This document shows, piece by piece, positions 9,051 to 21,398 of a DNA stretch of 64,000 bases. This DNA comes from Monocercomonoides exilis PA203 (taxonomy: Eukaryota; Protista; Preaxostyla), in contig LSRY02000013.1 of the NCBI GenBank assembly GCA_001643675.2, positions 310,001 through 374,000 on the forward strand, in the 5' to 3' direction. Under the pieces are notes generated by a model. It saw nothing but the letters and a program-made list of their open reading frames with translations, did not search any database and had not been told where the DNA came from. Both the position numbers and the translations under genes were made by a program. The number at the start of each line of letters is the position of its first letter. The first letter of the stretch is position 1.

Positions 9051-11131
9051 AAGTCAATGATCGGAGCAGTTTGTCAATTTCGAACATTAATTAACTTTTT
9101 TGATGGTTTTTTGGTGTTTGTGTGTGATTCCAGAAATAGAAAAAGAATTTTTTCAAAAAAATTCTTCACGTGTGCAAAAGAGAAAAAAGATAAATTACCA
9201 AAGAATAGAAAAGAAAGGATTATGAGTTATCATTTAATTCATTTGAAATGTGAGCTATCAATCTCATTTATTGAAAGCGTAATGTGTTTAACTGCATTTG
9301 TTGAATTTGAAACAAGCAAAATAAAACGTTTTCAATTTTTAAATTGAAAAAAGGATAATCGAGTTTCATTCAGAATTATTTCTATTGTTGGGGAAAAAAT
9401 ATAAATACAAATAAATATTTTAGTTAAGCCAAAATAACTATCAAAATCAGTTACACAATAATGTTCGAAAATTTGATTCGAATAAAAATAAAACATTTCA
9501 AAACTTCTTCATCGATTTTGAATAAATAATCGTCAATGATGAATAATTTTAGTGTGTCGGTTGAAAATGAAGATATAATTTGAGCCAATATTTTTTGGAG
9601 GAAAAGGAGATAGTTTTAGTTGTTTGAGAAGATGAAATTTTTGGAAAAAACATGAAAATTAGAAGGAAATGAATACCCTCACCATTGCAAATTCAACACA
9701 TCTTCATTTATTTGTTCTTTTACTTGTTTATATCACATCTGTTCTTTGAAATTTTGAAAATTGTCTTCATTTTTTAAAAGTTCCTTTTGATTAATTTTTA
9801 TGTGAAAATGATATTTGTAAACAATCATCAAAATTTCATTCCAACGAACCAAATTCTGCCATCGTGGAAACAAATGCTTGGCAACGTTGTTATTCACATA
9901 ATGAAAGCCTTTGCGACAATTAATTTTAATTTTTATTTTTTATTTTTATTTTTATTTTTATTTTTATTTTTATTTTTTGAGTCGGTCGAATTTACAAAGG
10001 AATGTCGACAAACTACTAATTAATAAGAACTAATTGTTTTTTGATTATGATCTTTTTTCAGAAATAAATAATTGTCAATTATTCATTTTTTTATTTTAAT
10101 ATATATATCTTCATTTTTTTCTCCATTGTTTTGATTGTTCTGATGTCAAATTGAATTGAGGGATAGATCAAAATGTTTTTCCTGAAAAAACTCTGTCAGG
10201 CTTAATTTACACTCTGTTTTTCAGTGTACAAACTGTTTGTGCTTTGTCAATCTGCAATCTTGATCATAAATCGTCTTTGTCTTTCCATTTTCGTATTATT
10301 ATTCAAATAAGATATTCTTATAATTTTATCTCTATTGTTCTGCACAATTGTTTTATCACAAGATAAATAAAATTATTTATTCAAATTCATCTTGGAAATT
10401 GGTTGAAGAGTGTTTTGAAATCTTCAAATTATCAAATAAATTTATCTGAAAGTTTATCTTGATATAATTGCATTGAATGAAGTTTTGTTTAATGATTTTC
10501 TTATAATAATTGTTTCATTTCCAAATATAATTGTTTATTATAAACTAATTTTTTATCATTTCAAGGATAGAGTCTATTTTTATTATTAATTATTATTTGA
10601 TAACTTAACAATGGAAAGATAATTTCCAAATATAAGTATCGCTTTCAATCACTGGCTCATTTTTAAAAATCAGGAGACTCCAGAATAAATATAATTACAA
10701 TTCAAGTTTGAAAAGTTTTTTTGATTGTTATTCATTTATTCTTTAATAAAAAAATAGAAATTAATATAAATCTAATTTATTATAAATTTAAATTAGAATA
10801 TATATAGGTTGGTCCATATTTCTTTGCAAAAACAATAAAAAATGAGAAATAAAAAATAAAATTATCAAAAAATATACGATAAAACTGAATTTTGTTGGTT
10901 AATCAGTTTGTAAGCTGATCAAATACATGATAAGCTTCAATTTGTTAAAGTTTTGAGCTTCCAGATATTTGAACAATTCGTTCCTGGAATTCAAAAATTT
11001 TTCTAAAAATTTCAACAGATATGATTTTTCAATGGTTTGATAGTTGGAAAAGGTAATTGCAATTTGTAACGACTCATAAAGGAGATTATTTTTATGAAAA
11101 ATGTTTTTTAACATAAATAAAAATACCATAT

Positions 11132-11165
11132 GGGTGATTCTTTTTGAAAAGTCGCAAACGTTTAA
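11132..11165 (+). repeat. Solo left TIR of the GGGTGATTCTTTTTGAAAAGTC MITE subfamily
   Basis: atat|gggtgattctttttgaaaagtcgcaaacgtttaa is nearly identical to the 56078 TIR; no partner seen. Confidence 0.7.
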
Positions 11166-11829
11166 CTGATCTGAAAAAAAGATCAGAAATGATCAAAAAA
11201 GGGTGATCATTCCGTTCCCATCATATATTGTCAGTTATCATATATTGTTATTTTTTTCGCTTTACAAAGAAAAACAGGATACAAATTAGTTGAAATAATA
11301 TAAATTATTTATTTTATTTTGTTATACACTTTTGTCAACGAATGCTTTCCAGCTGTTTGAATCAGATGATATATATGTTTTTATTTCCTCATTTTCATTC
11401 TATCTGTTTTAATATTCGTTATGAATTTATGGATGTTCTCTAAGTTTTTATTATTTTCTTTTGTTGCAAACTAAATAAAATTGATTTGCTTTAATTCGAG
11501 AATTTTTCATTTAAAAATTATCAGTTAGGAAAAGTTTTCAAAAATACACTCGTAACAATCGGAAGATATTGAAAAAGGAGTTGACATATAGCAATCACTA
11601 ATATAATTTTAGAAAATTGTGGAATGAAACATTTTTTCCCAGAAATAAACTGCATTTGTCACAAACTCACAAAAACAAATTTGATAAAAATTAATATTCA
11701 AATAGTTTGAATCATTCAAGTTTCTTTCAACTCGACATGTGCCTTTTTTTTCTCCCTTCCATTTTATATAAATACATTTTTGAAAGATATCCTGCTTCTA
11801 ATATTTTAATTGCACGAAAAATGAAGATT

Positions 11830-12457
11830 TACGTGGCTGATTTATCTTCCTGATCCGAATGTGGATGTTGTGTTTGTGTCTCCTGTGGAGCTGCCGGCAG
11901 ACGTGGTAGTGTATCTGAAAAAGCTTCTTGTGGCCGGGGAAGCTCGGCAGTTGTTTCTTCGCTCAGCACCTTCGTCTTCTTCGTCTTCCTCGTCTTCTTC
12001 AACTGGAGAAGCACGCCGATCAACTTCACCATTCCGGAGGCGGAGAAGTGAAGAGAAGAAATCTTCAGAGAATGATAAGCCATCATCAGCCCCTGCAATT
12101 AACCCTTCGGATGCCTTGGCAGAGGCGGAGTCAAACACGTCAGCAGGAGCGATGGATGACATTGAGAGGCGGCTGCGGATTGTGGTGCCAGAGGCGGCTG
12201 GGGTGAATGGGCGGCACATGCCTCTGTCGCTGCAGCTGCTGTTGTCGCCGCGGGCGCTGCAGACGCTGCGGGGATATGTTGTGGCTCGACGGGCGGTGCT
12301 GTATGGGGGTGTTGTGTGTGCATACGATGTAGCGCTTTCGGCGATGCTTTCGTTTCCGCTGGTTGGGCCGCTTCCGTTGCTTGCGGTGTCGGTACGCACG
12401 AAGTCGTGGAGCAAGCGGATCTTTGCAGCGGCAGACGTGAATGCGATCTGTTTTTAG
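11830..12457 (+). pseudogene. IQCH: Internal fragment of an IQCH-like (IQ-motif-containing H) gene
   Basis: LPDPNVDVVFVSP..LP.D...YLKKLL, RLRIVVPE, LSLQLLLSPRAL, PLVGP, TKSWSKRIFAAADV match the conserved IQCH core as I recall it. Both ends are truncated. Confidence 0.7.
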
Positions 12458-12599
12458 CATTGCTGCTGGTGTCGCGATCGCCGCAGTAGATGTGTGTGGT
12501 GGTGAAGCTGGACGACGAAGTGATGGGGCGAGGGGTTGCAGTATGAAAAGTGGGGAAGATTGTGGAGAAGGGGATGGAGGTTTTGAGGCTGAGTATAGT

Positions 12600-13900
12600 G
12601 GATAAAGTTCAATCAGAGAAGCGGTTGCGCTGGCGATGCTTGAAGGACGAGAAGAGGTAGAGGAATGTGAAGGGAATGAGGAGAAAGGCGGATATCCGAT
12701 ATTACAAATAGAGTTTGTTGAAAGAATCAAAGAGAAACAGAGGAAGCTGGAAGAAGCGATGGCGCCGCTGGTTGTGGATGCGCTTGGGCTGAGTCGGCTG
12801 AGGTTTGTGAAGGAGACCAAAGCAGAGGTAGACAAGCAGCATTCAGTGAAATCTGAAGTGTGCAGTATTTCGTCAGCAGATGGCATCCAACAGGAGATAT
12901 TAAGAGCAGAAGAAGAAGCAGCAGATGGGTCTTTGGGAATAATTTCAGATGGAAGTGAATGAAGTGTGAGGAGCAGGTGGAAATATCAGTTGATCATTTG
13001 ATAATAATTAAGGAAAAAGATAAATCCCATGAAGTTTGTGGGGGAAAGCCGTTTGATTTGTGAGGAGTGATAAGTAGAAGAGGAGGAAGAGGAGGAAAAT
13101 GGAGGAAAATTTGAGTGAAGATAGAAGAGCGGAGTGTCGTGGTTGTTCTATTAGGTTAAGGGATAACGAGAAGTGCATTGAACTTAAAAGGCAATCAGTA
13201 AATGATGTGTGTGCGCATTGCAGACGAGCGGACTCTGGATGTGCTGGGAGAGCTGTACATTCCGCTGACCATAAGTTGTTAGAAGGTGTCAATGAAATGG
13301 CGAAGATACAGCTGAGGAACAAAGTCGAAGAGGAATCTGACTTTGGAGCTGTGCGAGATTTTCATGCAACATAGGACAGAGAGAGAAGCAGTGGTGAAGC
13401 AGGTTAATGCGGAAGATTTGGCGGTTATGTTTTTCACACTTTTTGAGAGATTCGAGTACAAAGCAGAGGAATATGAGCTTGTGATTGATATCTTTATCAG
13501 TCAGAATGAGTTGATCCGCCTTGTGAATGTGCACATTGTGATAAAGCCGCAGCGACTTTGCTGAGGAGTGACAGCGCCTGTTGTGATGGAGTGCAGATGA
13601 TTCGGAGAAGGTGAAGTTCACAACGGAGAAGGGAATTGAAGCTGCATGGCGGAGCAGAGAAGGAGCTTGAGCAGGTGAAGCGAAGGAGATTCTGAGCAAT
13701 TGTTCGGAGACACTATCAGTGCATGCGTTTGAGTGTGTGTCTGATGGGGCGTCTAATGCGGATACGCAGCTGATATGGCTAGGTGAGTGAATTGAGGCGG
13801 AGGTGGAGATGGCGGAGAGTCAGGTTCATTCAACACATCAGACAAGAGGCTTTGTGAAGAAGAAGAGATTATTAAGAGAAGACAGTCGAATGCTGTTCAA
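12600..13900 (+). pseudogene. Short unidentified coding-like fragments with stops and frameshifts
   Basis: GC-richer, protein-like stretches (ILQIEFVERIKEKQRKLEEAMAP; LCEIFMQHRTEREAVVKQVNAEDLAVMFF) that do not join into one ORF. Confidence 0.35.
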
Positions 13901-14126
13901 ACGATGAAAGAATTCAGCAGTGATGCTTTGTCCGCTATTTCTAACTGACCACGCATTCTCAGACGTTGTTTCAATGGATGCTCCCATGGCATTGAAGATG
14001 GCAGCAGAGGATCTTCATTTCAATTTTGTTTTTTCTTTTTCTTCCTCTTCTTCCTCTTCTTTCTCTTCTTCCTCTTCTTCCTCTTCTTCCTCTTCTTCCT
14101 CCTCCTCTTCTTCTTTTCCTTGCTGT

Positions 14127-17100
14127 TTAATTTTTTTTTCCCATCGTCATCTTCATCTCAAATTTCTCATCTGACACATTTTTCTTCTTCTCTCTCTTCA
14201 TCAGCCTCAGCGCATGTATCTCTGGAAGCACTTTCTTTGAACAGTATGTCAAATGTTTGTGTTCTGACGAGTTGCTCATCGATGTGCTTGTATCATTGGC
14301 TTTACGGTGTTTGTGCATCTCCATCGACAGCTTCATATCCTGATGTGAAGAAGAAGAGCACTTGTGCGACGAATGGTACAAAGGCATCGGAGGTGGTACA
14401 TCATCAAGGGGAGAGGAGGATTTGAACAGACGAGGAGGCGAATAGAAGAAGCGCTTCTGCGACGAGGTCTGTGAAGATGGAGAGTTTGTGCCCAGGAGAA
14501 GCAGTGGGGTATCAGCAGCGGAGAAGGAAAGAGGCGCAATAAGAGCAGATGAAAGAGATGAGGAGGAAGTGGTGGAGATGATAACAGACGAAGTGACTGC
14601 AGCTGGCAAGTTTGATGAGGGAGTTGGGGCCGCAACTGCAGTAGATTGTTGGAGGCTTCCTGGATGAGCCAAATGAGAAGGGCGCGAGAGAGAGCTCGCC
14701 TGTGTGAGTGATTGCTGCGATGTGGCTGAGGATGTGCGTGTGAGGAGAGAGTCCGTGTTCTGAGAGGAAGACAGTGATTGAGATTGAGACTGAGACTGAG
14801 ATGAAGTCTGAGGTTGTCGGGTGAGTGCAGCGCAAGAAGGGGTGGATGTGGACATCTGCTGGATGGGCTGAGAGAAGGAAAGAAGAGCAGAAAAAGAGGA
14901 GGAAGCTAGAGATGTTGGAGAATTCAGAGAGGCCAAGGAAGAAGAAGGGGAGGATGAGGAAGAAGACGCTAAATATCCAAGTAGCTTTTGAGCAGATTGA
15001 GTTGTAAGCGTCAGAAGTGTTGATCCTTTCGTCTTGTTTGTCGATATCACACTGAATGCAAAGTTCGCAGACTGCAACTGGATATCTTCTCCTCCTTTTC
15101 GTGTTGGAGTGATAGAAGATTCATTCACTGTTTGTATTGTTATGCGTGTGGGAGCTGTGGACACAGGAATTAGTGTCTTGTCGGGCTGCCTGGGTGACTT
15201 CAGCTGAGTATTCGAAGCAGAAGATGTCTGAGAGGAAGAAAGCTTGCTGGGAAATAGCGTTGATTGGTCTGTTGAATTGGAGGATTTATGTCTGGAAGGA
15301 TAAGTGAAAGATGCAGATGGAATGGATGAGGAGGAGAGAGAAAGAGGAGGAGAAGAGGAAGATGATGACAAGGAAGAAGACGAGGAAGAAGCAGACAAAG
15401 TGGCTGACAAACTGGGCGGATACGCCACAGACACAAAAGGAGGCGGAGAAAGAAGAGAATTGGCCATTGTATCATCTGCAGAATTCTGGGGAAGTGAAAG
15501 TGGAACCTGCGATTGAGCGAAAAAGTGGGGAGTTTGAAGGCGTGGAGATCCATCTGACTGTGAAAGCTGTTGCTGCTGTTGACTCTGGTTTCGTTGTTGG
15601 CTATTCGCTAAACTTCCATATGAGTTTTCTTTCTAATTCAATTGCTTCACTTGAACGCTATCTGAAAATGAATTGTAAGTTTTTGAAGAAATATGAGAAT
15701 CTTTCATGGTTTGATTGCTTTTCCCATCTTCTGCTTGCGTGATATCAATTTCAGTGTTTGCTTCAAGCATTCCATTTCCATCTTCTTTCACTGAAGCATT
15801 AAAGGAAGGAGACAAGCCCAATGAATTGTTGTTTTGTGGAGTTATTCGCCACAAATGAGACTGTTGAAGCAGCTGTGACTGCTGTCTCTTTCGAAGATTG
15901 TTGGAATATACCTCAAATTGTTTTGATGGCTGATGAAGGGAACGGAGAAGAAGAAATAGAAGAAGAAGAAGTTGTCGATGCTGATGATGATGATGAGTCT
16001 TCAGAAGGCAAAGAAAGAGGTGTCAATTGTGGATACATTTCAGGCTGTGAAAATTGATAACGATTGCTTCCTTTGCTTTGTGGAGTGCTATTCAATGGAT
16101 TACTCTGCTTTCTTGTTGGCAAAAAAAGAGACGAAGCAGAAGCTGAAGAAGAGGAAGAAGTTGAAGAGGAGGAGGAAGAGGAAGAATTAGAATTATTCGA
16201 AGCATTACCAACAGAGTTTGCATTCTGAACTGTTGAGAGCATTTTTCCCGTCTGCACAACCAGCCTCTCGTCATCGAATGTCTGCTATGTCTGTGTCTGA
16301 ACAGGCCTTTTCTCAGATGTGCTGAATGAAGCAGAGGCAGAAGAGAAGTGGTTGACAGATGCAGACGACGAAAGCACACTCGAATTCCAGCGGGTCGGAA
16401 CAGAAGACGGCTGCAAAGGAACTCGGGGCAGAGGAGAAGGGTTGATTGGGGATATGCGTTGCATCAGCTTCAATGGAGAACAAGAAAGAGTTTGAGTCTT
16501 GTTTAGCACTTCAGCATGTGCAGATGCAGAGGGGGTGGAGAAGTTGGATGTTGAAGAGGAAGAGGAAGAGGAGGATGATGACAAAGATTGAGAAGATGAT
16601 TGAGATGCTGCTGATGAATGAACAGGGCTGATTGATCGCAGAAAAAGTAAACTGGCCAATGAATGGAACCTCTTTTGCTGCATCCTCTGTGAATTGCCCA
16701 TTTCGCTGCTTCTCCTCTCCTTTTCATTCATCTCGTCTCCTCTTCTGCCTTCAGTTGGGTCTGGCAGCAGACCTGCGCCTTTCAACTGTTGTTGATGCTG
16801 TTGTTGTGTATGAGTCTGCCAGTTGTCGCTGCAAATGCTGTTTGGTGTGCCATCAGATGGAAGAGGTGGTGTAGGGACAGTCGCATAAGGCACCACACCC
16901 GATGCCACCATCGTCACAGGAGTGGGAGGAGACAAAGAAGAAGAAGAAGAAGATGACGATGATGACTGTGGTGGTGGCGATAAAGAAGAAAGCGAAATGC
17001 TATATTGGAATTCTTGAACTTTCAAGCAGGGAGAATGCTGAGGAAAAGAAGGAGGGATGGCTGCGATTCGTTGAGGAGATATCTCTGGATGAGATGAGTG

Positions 17101-17151
17101 TGAAGCAGGCGCTGATGGAACAGAAGGAAGTCGAACCGAAGAAGTGAACAA
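14127..17151 (-). pseudogene. Disrupted Ser/Pro-rich low-complexity gene fragment
   Basis: Colinear minus ORFs 16285..17151, 15913..16257, 15633..15854 and 14127..15467, separated by in-frame TAGs and one frame change; no start or clear domain. Confidence 0.5.
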
Positions 17152-17200
17152 AGAAGAAGAAGAAGAAGAAGAAGAAGAAGAAGAAGAAGAAGAAGAAGAG
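17150..17200. repeat. (AAG)n microsatellite
   Basis: About 16 perfect AAG units at the junction between oppositely oriented fragments. Confidence 0.9.
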
Positions 17201-17259
17201 GATGAGGAGGATGAGGAGGAGAAGAAGGAGAAGGAAAGAGAAGAAACAATGGCTGGAGT

Positions 17260-17881
17260 TGAATGGTTTGGGGAAACGAGTTAAGATAAAGCATATGATT
17301 GTGCAGGAGTTTTTGAATGTTGTGAGCGAAGAGAGGAAGGTGATTGAGGAAGAATGGAAGGCGATGAAGAATGTGGAGTGGGAGAAGATGCATGCGGTGC
17401 GAATGTTTGCGCGTGATGTGGTTTTGATGAACACGACAGCTTCGCAGAGGTCGGCAGAGGTGCTGATGCAAGCGACAGGATCGAGCGCGCTACAAAGTGG
17501 CAGCGCAAAAAGGACATAAAGCAATTCACTGAAGTATGATGGAACTCTTCCGTTGTTTTGCACGAAAAGCTTCTTGCTGAGAAAAGTGTTTGTGCTATAT
17601 CCAGTGCGCTTGATGATTCGGCAGTCGAATATGTGTTGCAGAAGAGAGTGAAGGCTCACGGTGGAGTGAAAGCAGAATGGAGGGTGCTGGAGGCAGATTG
17701 GAGAGACAGGAAGAATATGTCGCAGGATGCGGAGAAAGAAGTGCTGCTTGAGTTTCTGGGGAAGAAGAATCTGCAAAGAGCAGAAGTGGATTTGTTGATG
17801 ATTATATGGTTGTTAAAGGAGAAGAGTGTATCTGAAATCGTGGTTTGGATCCTGTTGGATGCATGTAGGATGGTGTTGTAG
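17260..17881 (+). pseudogene. Unidentified helical coding-like fragment(s)
   Basis: ORFs 17202..17519 and 17558..17881 are protein-like but broken. Confidence 0.3.
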
Positions 17882-18047
17882 CGTAAATGCATGAGATAAC
17901 AATGGTGAAAGGGGTGAAAGTGTGTTGAAGTTTGGCCTTCTAATCAATGTGCATATTTTTGTGTTTGGAATAGAAGAAGAAGAGATGATGAAGAAGAGAG
18001 AATGAAAATGAAGCGAAGAAAAAGGGATGATTGAAGAGAGAAGATAA

Positions 18048-18642
18048 GTTTTGATAATTCTGTTTCAACACTTGTTGTTATCATCGCTGAATTTGATGTT
18101 GAACTTGCATCAGAGACTGTCAAACCACTTTGATCATAACTTCCTCAGATTTCATGTTTCTGGTTGGTAAATACAATTTCGTTGCTCATCTCAATCATTC
18201 CATTCACAACAACTTTCTTTGTTTCTGTTTGACGAGTGAGTGAGTGCTTCATTGTCAGACAAGGGAATTGGACAATTCCACAATGGGAATGGTCAGATGC
18301 CTCGATGTTATTCACATAAACTTCTTCTGGGGTGAGATGGAGATAGATGCAGAGAGGAATGATAACACTGTTGTTTCCATTGTCATATCCTCCAACTTTG
18401 TCAACAGAGTTCAAGGTGGCTGTCACGCATGTGACGTTTTCTGATTTTGCTGTTTCTTCCAGATTGGGTGAAATGACAAAGATATCATTCCCCCATTTGG
18501 CTGTGTTTGTGCCAAAGGAAGAGGAGATCAGGATATTTGGACATTCACCAGATAATCGAAGAAGAATTCCACCACCAAATCCGTTCGACGATGAACAATA
18601 GCACCCATCAAAAGATCAGCCTTTCACCTTCGCTTCATTCAC
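18048..18642 (-). pseudogene. Fragment of the giant receptor family (ectodomain), paralogous to about 47508-48103
   Basis: GYDNGN..IPLCIYL...ASDHSHCGIVQFPCLT.KHSLT.QTETKKVVV is near-identical to the 45216 gene; frameshifted, with stops. Confidence 0.9.
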
Positions 18643-19321
18643 TTTTTCTGGGTATAACTTCATCGATCCTCCATTCACTGAACTTGTGTTTCAATATCCT
18701 GATATTGCCCTCGAATTCAGGTCTTAGTCTATTCTACTATTGAAAAAACAAATGTTGACTGTCAACTGCGCACTATTCTATTAAAACAAAAGCATTATTG
18801 AATTAGAAATAAAATATAAAATATATTTGTAAAAATTAAATGGAAACCACTAAATTTATTTGGTTTTCAGATGCATCGAATATGTGTGTTTCATCTTTGC
18901 AATTGTGTTAAGATCAGGCTCATAATGCAAGCGAAAAATACTATTCAAATGAAAATTTGAAATAACATTGAAAATAGAGTTTTTCATAAAAAAAATCGAA
19001 ACACACCTTGTTTATTTCAAAAATCCACAATTGCATAACTATCCATGCTAATAAAACCTTTTCACATTGCAATACTGAAATTTTAATTTTGATCAAAAAA
19101 TATGATACAAAATTTTTTGATTCGGAATATTTCTTTTCATTTGGAGGTTTGCAATGAACTTGCTAGCATTGTTGCAAAACAATCATTTTTTCATGAGAAT
19201 TATGGAAACGGAGTGTTTTTGAATTAACCTTCATGGGATTAATTTTTGATCTGCAGCGACTTTTCAAAAATAACGACCCATATTTAAAAATTTTATCAAA
19301 ATATTATGGACCACACTATAT

Positions 19322-19579
19322 GTGTGATTATTTTAGAAATCATAAAAATTTTCGGGGTGTTGATTTTTCAAAGATTGAATATTTTTCGATAGAAATTTTT
19401 AATAAAAAAGAGAAAAAGCATGGATATTTTTTTTAATAAAACAAAAATTTTTTTCCGAATCAAAAAATAAAATGTTTTCAACAAGAATTTTCTTTTTTCA
19501 ATTTTTTTATTGATATTCAAGATATATTTTTGCACCGAAATTTTTGTATGAAAATAAATGATTTCAAAAATAATCTCAC
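19322..19579. mobile_element. Degenerate MITE, inverted homolog of 27548-27810, ATAT TSD
   Basis: atat|gtgtgattattttagaaatcata ... atgatttcaaaaataatctcac|atat; the interior matches the reverse complement of 27548-27810. Confidence 0.75.
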
Positions 19580-19765
19580 ATATATCATGATTTGGGAAAG
19601 TGAAAAATAAAAATTGTATTGACTATGTCGTGTGCGCTTCAAATTTTTAATTTTTTCATTGTTGGTTGAAAGAATGCTTTTTTAAGAATATTGGGTCAGA
19701 CAATTAATGAGTTTTTGATCAAAAGAGTGTGGTCCAAAGTTGATTGAGTGGTGGCGATGGAGAAG

Positions 19766-20471
19766 ATGCTGGAAAAGGTTGACGAAAAAGATGACATGTT
19801 GAGAAAGAGATCTCCTTCTCCATCCATCTCATCCACATCCACAACTGATTCAGATTCAACATTTGTTCCAGGTGAGGATCTGTGCCCAACCACTTCATCC
19901 ATGTCCAATCTGGTGGACGCAATCGCATGTTCTTCTCCTCATGAGAAGCTGATTGTGGATTTGAGAGATTCGCTGTTCATGTTGCTTCATGGGAGGAATA
20001 AGACAAAAGAGATGGCAATTGGCTCATTGAAAGAAAGGGAGATGACAGCTGCTCAGATCCTGTTCTGGGTGGCCAATCTTGCACTCCACTCCTTTGATGA
20101 GATGGAAAATCCACTCCAATCGCTTGCCAATCTGAGCCCTCACATTGTGTTGTTCTCCGAGCACATGGTGATCTGCATTGTGATGCACTCAGACCTTTTA
20201 TCAGATGACTCTGATTCATCATCAATCTCATCGACAGTTGTGACATCTGCCAGCGATGATGATGATGAAAGTGACTCCCTTCCCTCATCGGCATTTGAGG
20301 ATGAAGATAGCTTCAAAAAAGAGTGTTTGAGGTGGAAGGCTCCAGAGCTGCTGATCAACAAGAACATGGGGGCAACAAAGAAGTCGGTGGTGTTCTCGAT
20401 CGGGATGATGCTGTGGGAGTGCCTGACACTCCAGATCCCGTTCGGGGAGTACGAGGCAGAGGTGGCTGGAG
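19766..20471 (+). pseudogene. Fragment of the giant receptor family (cytoplasmic pseudokinase), paralogous to about 51989-52711
   Basis: MLEKVDEK...CPTTSSMSNLVDA...RWKAPELLINKNMGATKKSVVFSIGMMLWECLTL; homology ends abruptly at gctggaga. Confidence 0.92.
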
Positions 20472-21398
20472 ATTCGAGAGGGAAATATCCAAAGAAGATA
20501 GTATATTATGAGCCGTTTCTTGAGATGATTGCGAGATAACAGATGGAACTGATATTTCAAATTTACATTCAATATCAAAAGAGTTATGTCATTATCAACT
20601 GTTATCAAGAAGATTTATGGTATTTTCTTTTTTTAAATTTATTTTTATTGTTATTTATTATTAATTTGTTTCAATAACAGCCTGCCTTTTGTTTTAACAT
20701 GACATGTCCTGGTGAATTTTCTTTTTTTGTGAGAATAATCGAATAAGAGACATATTTTCCTATCTTTCTTTCGAACTTATAAATGTTTTTATTATTTTTT
20801 ACTCATGCTTTCAGATATAAATCTTTGTTCAATTGGACTCACACATTGAAAACAATAATTGCACAAATATTTATCCATCAATGAACAATTGAAGCATATT
20901 GCGAAGATAAATACACGAAAACAGCCAAACTTGATGAACAAAAGTGTTCTTTGTTAAAAAGAAACATTGATTTGATTTGATGATATGAAAAAATACAATA
21001 TCTCAGAAAATATATGATGAATTGTAGTTATTGACAGTCATGAACATCGCTCTTCATTCTGAAGAATGAAAAACGTTGGAACACAATATAAAAGTTCAAC
21101 AAACGTTGTTAAATGGATCAATGTGTGTAACAAGCATCTGAAAACAGAGTGGAAAAATAAATTAATTAGAACAAACATATTTGCACACTGAAATATTGTT
21201 TTTGATTGGAAGTTTGAAAGAATATTTAACATTCCTCGTATTTGAAACTCACAATTCCACATATTCACAATATGAATCTTCAATTAATGACAAATATTGA
21301 AAGTTTGTTTCAAAAACAGTTCAGAAAAACTGTAATCGTAAACTTTGTTCAACAAACCTCATTGTTTGTCAAGAAATTTCATTTGAATTCAAATATAT

